A DNA stretch of 64,000 nt. It comes from Rebecca billardiae RCC1528 (Eukaryota > Protista > Haptophyta). This document shows positions 58,782-64,000 of this stretch, one piece after another; the stretch's first letter is position 1, and each line of letters starts with the position of its first letter. The stretch spans positions 744,001 to 808,000 of the forward strand of contig OZ251238.1 of assembly GCA_965240325.2 (NCBI GenBank). The letters are read 5' to 3'. The notes below the pieces were generated by a model. That model saw only the letters and a program-made list of their open reading frames with translations. It had not been told where the DNA came from and searched no databases. The position numbers and the translations under genes were made by a program.

Positions 58782-61671
58782 TCATTGGTGCTTGTGGGTG
58801 GACCGAAGCCGGAGCCCTGGAGCGCGCTCAAGCCAAGCCCTGCGGATGTCATCTTGGGCGGAGGTGGTGAAGGCATTGCCACTATGCACGACGGGGCAGA
58901 CCGCACGGGCGGACAGGGCCGCCGCGTGACACTGTGAGACTGAGGCAGAGGCGCGGTCGCTCGGCTCGGCTGTTGGCGCAACGCACGGCAGCGAGCTGGT
59001 GCACACACCTGAGGTCGAGCTCCTCAAGACCTTCGTTGTGGCGCAGCATGTCAACAATCTCTGGGGCGATCTCGTCAGTGAGCAAGTTCCGTCTGCAGGC
59101 AGGATGAGGTGAGGGAGGCATGTTTGCAGCCACACACACATCAGCGCTGAGCACTGGTGGTCGGGGAGCAGGGCTCGCCGCGTGTGCGGCGCAGCGCGCG
59201 CTCACGAGAGATCGAGCACCCTCAGGCTGCAGCCCCCGCCAGTCGCCACATTGAAGGCGGCGACGGCGCCATCGTACATCTTAGGATACACCCTGCAACG
59301 CGGGCGATCGAGCGGTGGGGGCACGACGCGAGGAGTGCGCGGTGAGCATGCATCCATCACTCCCCTCTGCAGCACTGTGCGGCGCGCGGTGCTGCACGCA
59401 CTCATTCGCGAGGGGAGTCTCGTAGACTGCCTCGCCCAAGTTGGACCCGTAGGATGCGGCGTTGTTGACGGCCCTGCAAGCGAGGCGGTGCGGCACGTGA
59501 GTCAAGTGCTGCCAGCGCTTGCCGCTGCGTCACGCGGCCCAGCGCACGTGCAGCTGTACACATCACGCGGGCAGCGCGGGCGTGCGCGCACTCGTTCATG
59601 ACTTGCTCTATGCCGTCCGCCGAACGCTCCCACGCACGCACCAGCTTGAGGTCGACTTCGTAGGCGCCGAAAGCGATGTCGATTGGGGCTTCAGCCTCGT
59701 ACACGGGGTCAACGAAGCGTGAGCCGCCCGGCATGTCGGTATGTGTGAGGCCGTACAGGTCAGTGGAACCGGTCAGCACGTCCTTGGCATCCCTGCCCAG
59801 ATCAGAGAGGGCGTAGCCGACGGCTGCTGTCTCATCGATGACCAGGGCGTCGAGCGCCTCCGATTCGTACAGGCTCTGGCCCACGAGCCCGGCTGCCTCC
59901 GCGACGGCCGAGATCTCCCGCCCGGCGAATGTCAGCAAGGGGCTCTCGCCTGCGTTCTGGTCCTCAGCTAGGTCCATCTCCAAGTGAGCGCTCGCATGAG
60001 CAAGGTAGCTGCCAGCGTCGTGAACTGCCTTCTTGAGATCATCGCGAAGCGGGACATAGTTGCTGACGTCCGATCCGAGGCGAGCAGCTCCAGCAGACAG
60101 GAGGTCGGCCTCCTCCGTCAATGTCGTGACCAGCGGCTGCTGCTTGGCCCAGATGTCACCTGCCTGCACGAAGTCGTTACCCGCTCTGCGGTGGGGGAGG
60201 CGAGGGTGACGAGCAGTGCGGTACATGCGCTCAATCAGCAAGCTGGGCGATAGCCCGCGCAAGAGGGACGGACGGAGCGCGTGGCGCAAGCTGGTGCGCT
60301 GCGCTCACTTCTGCCCAAACTGCGCCACATGAGCCGTAGCGAGGTCTTTGCCTACCTGCTCCTGGGCGTAGCTGGAAGTGTAGTAAAGCCTGCGCGGGGG
60401 AGACATTGTGTTGGGTGGTCGGGCTGGAGGGCATGCGCGCCGATGGCAGTCGGCATCGCACATTGCACGCACCGTTCAACCACACCAGAGTCCCCAACCT
60501 CGCTCAGCGCAGCTTCCATCTTGCCCACCGGTTTCATCAAATGGGAGCCAAGCTCGTCAGCGCCTGAAGATGCAGAGAGGGCGTCGGCCAGCTTGGACGT
60601 GGCTGGGAGGCCGCTGTAGGCAATGTCGGCGACAGCTGCCCCTGGGCTCACGCCGATGACTTCGTGAGTGAGCTCGGCGACGTCACCGATGGCATACATG
60701 AGCGCAGCAGCCTCATCTGTCACGAAGGTCTGCACGTCCTCCGATGAGTGCATCTCATCTCCGAGGACAGAGATGCCATCCAGCACAGCCGATGCCTCAT
60801 CCGACACAAACTTGAGCAGCGCGCCGTGGGGGCTGCCTTTGCCCAGATCGTCGTTGATGGGATCGGGCATGCCAGAAGCTGCAAGCCCGACCGTCGAGAT
60901 CTCAGAGCCCACCGCATCCCGTGCATCTTCATCGTGAGAGAGGAGCTTGCCGACGTTTTGCATACTGTCAGCCACCACCTGTGCCTCAGCGTCCACCAGC
61001 TCGAGCACAGAGCCCGGGTCGCGAATGGCAGCGAGAAAACGGCGAGCGCTGGCATCGGTCAAGCCACAGCCAGCCATCTTGAACGTGTCGATGTCTTGGT
61101 TATCCACGAGGAACGGGGCGAGCTGACGCGCTGCACGCAGGCTGACAAAGTTGTCAGAGATGTCCACATCTGTCTTGCCCTCCATGTACCAGCTAACTGC
61201 CTGGAACTCCCTGTAGTTGAGGTCCTGCCCGGGCAAGCTAATCGTGTTGCCCTCCCTCAGCAGGTCGTAGAAGCCCGAGCGCGTATCAGGCGGATACGGT
61301 GGGGCCGGTGGGATAGCCGGCGGGGGAGGCGGGGATGGCGGACGGGTGTGTGGCGGTGGCGGAGTTGATTCGCCACGCTGTCCGAGGGGTGGAGGCGGGG
61401 GGAACTGGCGATCCTGTCCCGACGGCGGAGGCGGCTGATACACCCACCATGGTGACGACGACGAGCCGGCCTTCTCGAGACGACCCGCGTGGGCTGGCTG
61501 CGGGCGCCCAAGTGCTCCTTCCTCAGCAGGCGTGGCAGGCTGCGCGCTCGCCGAGGGGTGAGGAGTCACACCGCTGGTGAGGCGCTCGACGGCGAAGAGA
61601 AGCGCGGCCACGGCTAGCAGCGACACGCCGGTAACGGTGGCACCCGCCACGACGCGCTTGGTGAGCGGCAT
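58782..61671 (-). CDS. Signal-anchored RI-like leucine-rich-repeat protein with a large helical-repeat insertion, 7 exons
   Basis: N-terminal TM, Pro-rich stem, LRRs (ISLPGQDL, VDISDNFV, FKMAGCGLTD; later LRVLDLSRNLLTD, LEELDLSGNAFT). Introns 60390-60472, 60186-60308, 59474-59591, 59293-59401, 59093-59205 and 58882-59008 splice in frame. Confidence 0.75.
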
Positions 61672-64000
61672 GACCGCCCGACGACGGCCGCCCCGCCCCG
61701 GCCGGAGGCAAAGCTCTCGAGCGAAAATTGGCCGGCCGGATGGTCGTTCTTGCGTCTGGCTTCAGGCTTGCAACGCCAACTCCGCGAGCAAGCCCCTGCA
61801 AGCCCGAGCCCGCGAATGACAGCTCGCAAGAACCCGACCTTGGGAAGCGGCCGGGCCCGGCCTGGCCCGGCCCCGGTAGAAAGTGAGCTCCCCGGCGGAC
61901 TCGACTGGCGGGTGTGGCGGCCCGCCACGGCCACGCCCTGCGCGCGGCCGGCGCCGGCGTGTAGCGGCCAGTCGAGGTGGGTGTCGTGTAGCGAGGTTTG
62001 GGTGCGCGCCGTGCGGGACCAGAGGCACTGTCCCACCCGGTCGTATCAGGCCAGCGACGGATCAGCGAACGCTGATCCTTGCCGCGGGACGATGGAACAG
62101 GCCGCGATGCATGGTATGCGACGCCACCGAGGCCGTGGTACAGCTAGGCACCGCTTGATGCGCGCCCACCAGTAGGGCGGCCAGGCGGCCTGCCGGCTGC
62201 GGCTGGAGCGCGCTGTGCTCTCACGGCGCGAGACGGCCGCCAAGTTGCCGCGTGGATGCGATGTGCACGCCCTATGTCAGCTGCGGATCAGCAGTCGTCA
62301 CGCGAAGCTCTAGTGCGTACTACGCCGTACTATGAGGAGTAGTGACTGCAGACTGCCCGTCTGCCCGGACTAGTGCAGATTGAGCAGTGATTACGACGGT
62401 AGACTCCTAGTCGTCCGAGCCCTGATGATTCGGCCGCGGATCATTCAGACCAGTATAATACTAGGTGGGCCCACTGGCCACTGTGGGATTATAGTGACGC
62501 AGAGCGCGAGCTCATAGCGCGATGTTTACTTTCGTCTCGAGCTGGATTCCAGCCCCAGGAGATGGCCCCTGGCCTGCCTGGTTAAAAAACCAGTGGTACA
62601 TGCTGTAAATATAGGGAGTAACGGTGGTCCTGTTTACTTATTGGAAATGGCCTGTGACCAATGTAACGGCCATGTAACGGGCGTCTTAAACGTGATATAT
62701 AGGGTCGATAGACGTCACTTTGATATAGCACTTTGATGAGCTGATCATAGGTCTTCAGCAGCATGCACACCCATTGTCACATATACGGCGTATATGGGCA
62801 CTGTGAGAATACGGGATAACGGCCGTTACACCCGTGCGTTACATATACACCGCCATGCTGATCAGCATGGCTGCCATAGTATTTCAGACTGTTTCAGACT
62901 GCTCTCGTAGCAGCCGTACGGCGTGCATGTGACACCTAAGAATTTTTCCAACCCTTCTACCCTCGAAGGATGAGTCTTAAGGAGCCGTGGGCAAAGATTG
63001 AGCCGCACCGAGTCGCGGCGCCAGCCCGCCCGCCGTGGTCAAGGCAAGCAGGAGTGGTGCACGCGGCGCCGGGCCCATCCAGCAGCCCGCAGCGTAAACA
63101 CGGCGGACAAGGTTCGTCGAGAGCTCATCTGTGGCGTTCAAGGCAGGCACTGCTATGCATCGAACGCCTATTCTCATGCCCCGACCTAACCGTTGCTCTA
63201 CACTGCGACCAAGCTGTGTCCGAGCTGTCCTCAGCTTGACCGTCCTTTGCCTAACTGTGCGCAACGGCCGCTTCGTCGCAGCGCCGAGCTGGCTCGCCGT
63301 GGTGCGCGCGCGCGCGTAGCGATGTGCACTCATCACCGCTTCCTGCGTGGCAGCAGGGCGAGACATGGCTCGCAGGTAAGCTGATACGCCTGCTGACCGT
63401 GCACCGGCGTCGGCGGCGCCACCAACGTCCTCGGGCAGGCTCACGAAGGGCTCAAATCACTGGTGAACGCATCAACTGTACTGTCCGCAGCGAGCACGGC
63501 GCACAGCGGATGACCAAGCAGAGGCGGGGCGACTGCTGTGCGGCCGCGCGGGGGGAGTAGCTGGGCTCTTGAGGTACGCGTAGAGCCACGACAGGGCTCA
63601 ACAAGCGCATCAGCTGCGATCTACCCGGCTTGACGCGCAGCCCGACCTCGTGCAATCGTGTGGCTCGAGGCCCTCCAAGGGGCTCGTAGCTTCCAAACAC
63701 CTGAGGTGCGTCGGCACTGAGAGTTGAGTCGAGGCCGGGGAGGTAACAGACGGCACACGCATCCACTTTGACCGCTGTTTGACCATCAGATCCTTCCCCA
63801 AGTGCCCACGATCATGTGAATAGCCACAGCGTTCGGTCACACCGCGCAGACTTCCGGGGACCTGACCGACGAGGCGGGTCTCCGCAGGGCCACAGAAGTA
63901 GCTGGGCCTTGCCAGGATACCATGCATATGCTGTCCGAGTAACGCTCCGGAGTGTCCGAGTTGATTCGAGTGCGTCCCAAGCTCGCGTTGTGCACGCATT

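Noticed and set aside
62970-64000. Possible gene or retroelement fragment at the window end
   Set aside because: Short ORFs with no recognisable motif or consistent splice path.

Overview
Very GC-rich, gene-dense eukaryotic DNA, not a prokaryote. Short GC-rich spliceosomal introns with GTGCGC-type donors and CGCAG acceptors, a PsbP-like thylakoid protein and an APS kinase-ATP sulfurylase-pyrophosphatase fusion point to an alga with a red-derived plastid, probably a haptophyte (Pavlovales-like; inference). About 22 protein genes can be rebuilt by hand: TM9SF, a membrane-anchored APK-ATPS-PPase fusion, PsbP-like, HIT, glutaredoxin, nucleotide-sugar transporter, PEX3, NEK kinase, ERCC8/CSA, UTP18, a DEDDy exonuclease, TSG101/Vps23, an F-box-like/TPR protein, a stand-alone GAF (MYC-N-like) protein, a Patched/NPC1-type RND protein, a Cdc25-like rhodanese, an AP2 protein, two head-to-head TerC paralogs, a giant DUF4062-NACHT-WD40 protein, an LRR membrane protein and several orphans. 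The 37.9-49 kb stretch holds three inverted duplications: a ~600-bp-arm hairpin, a 2.48-kb foldback/Mutator-like element with a perfect 9-bp TSD, and the TerC pair. The strongest candidate for new biology is a three-enzyme PAPS synthase carrying a type II signal anchor and a Cys/Pro-rich stem, which suggests PAPS is made inside the secretory pathway. All gene models and family calls come from reading the sequence by eye; no database searches were run.
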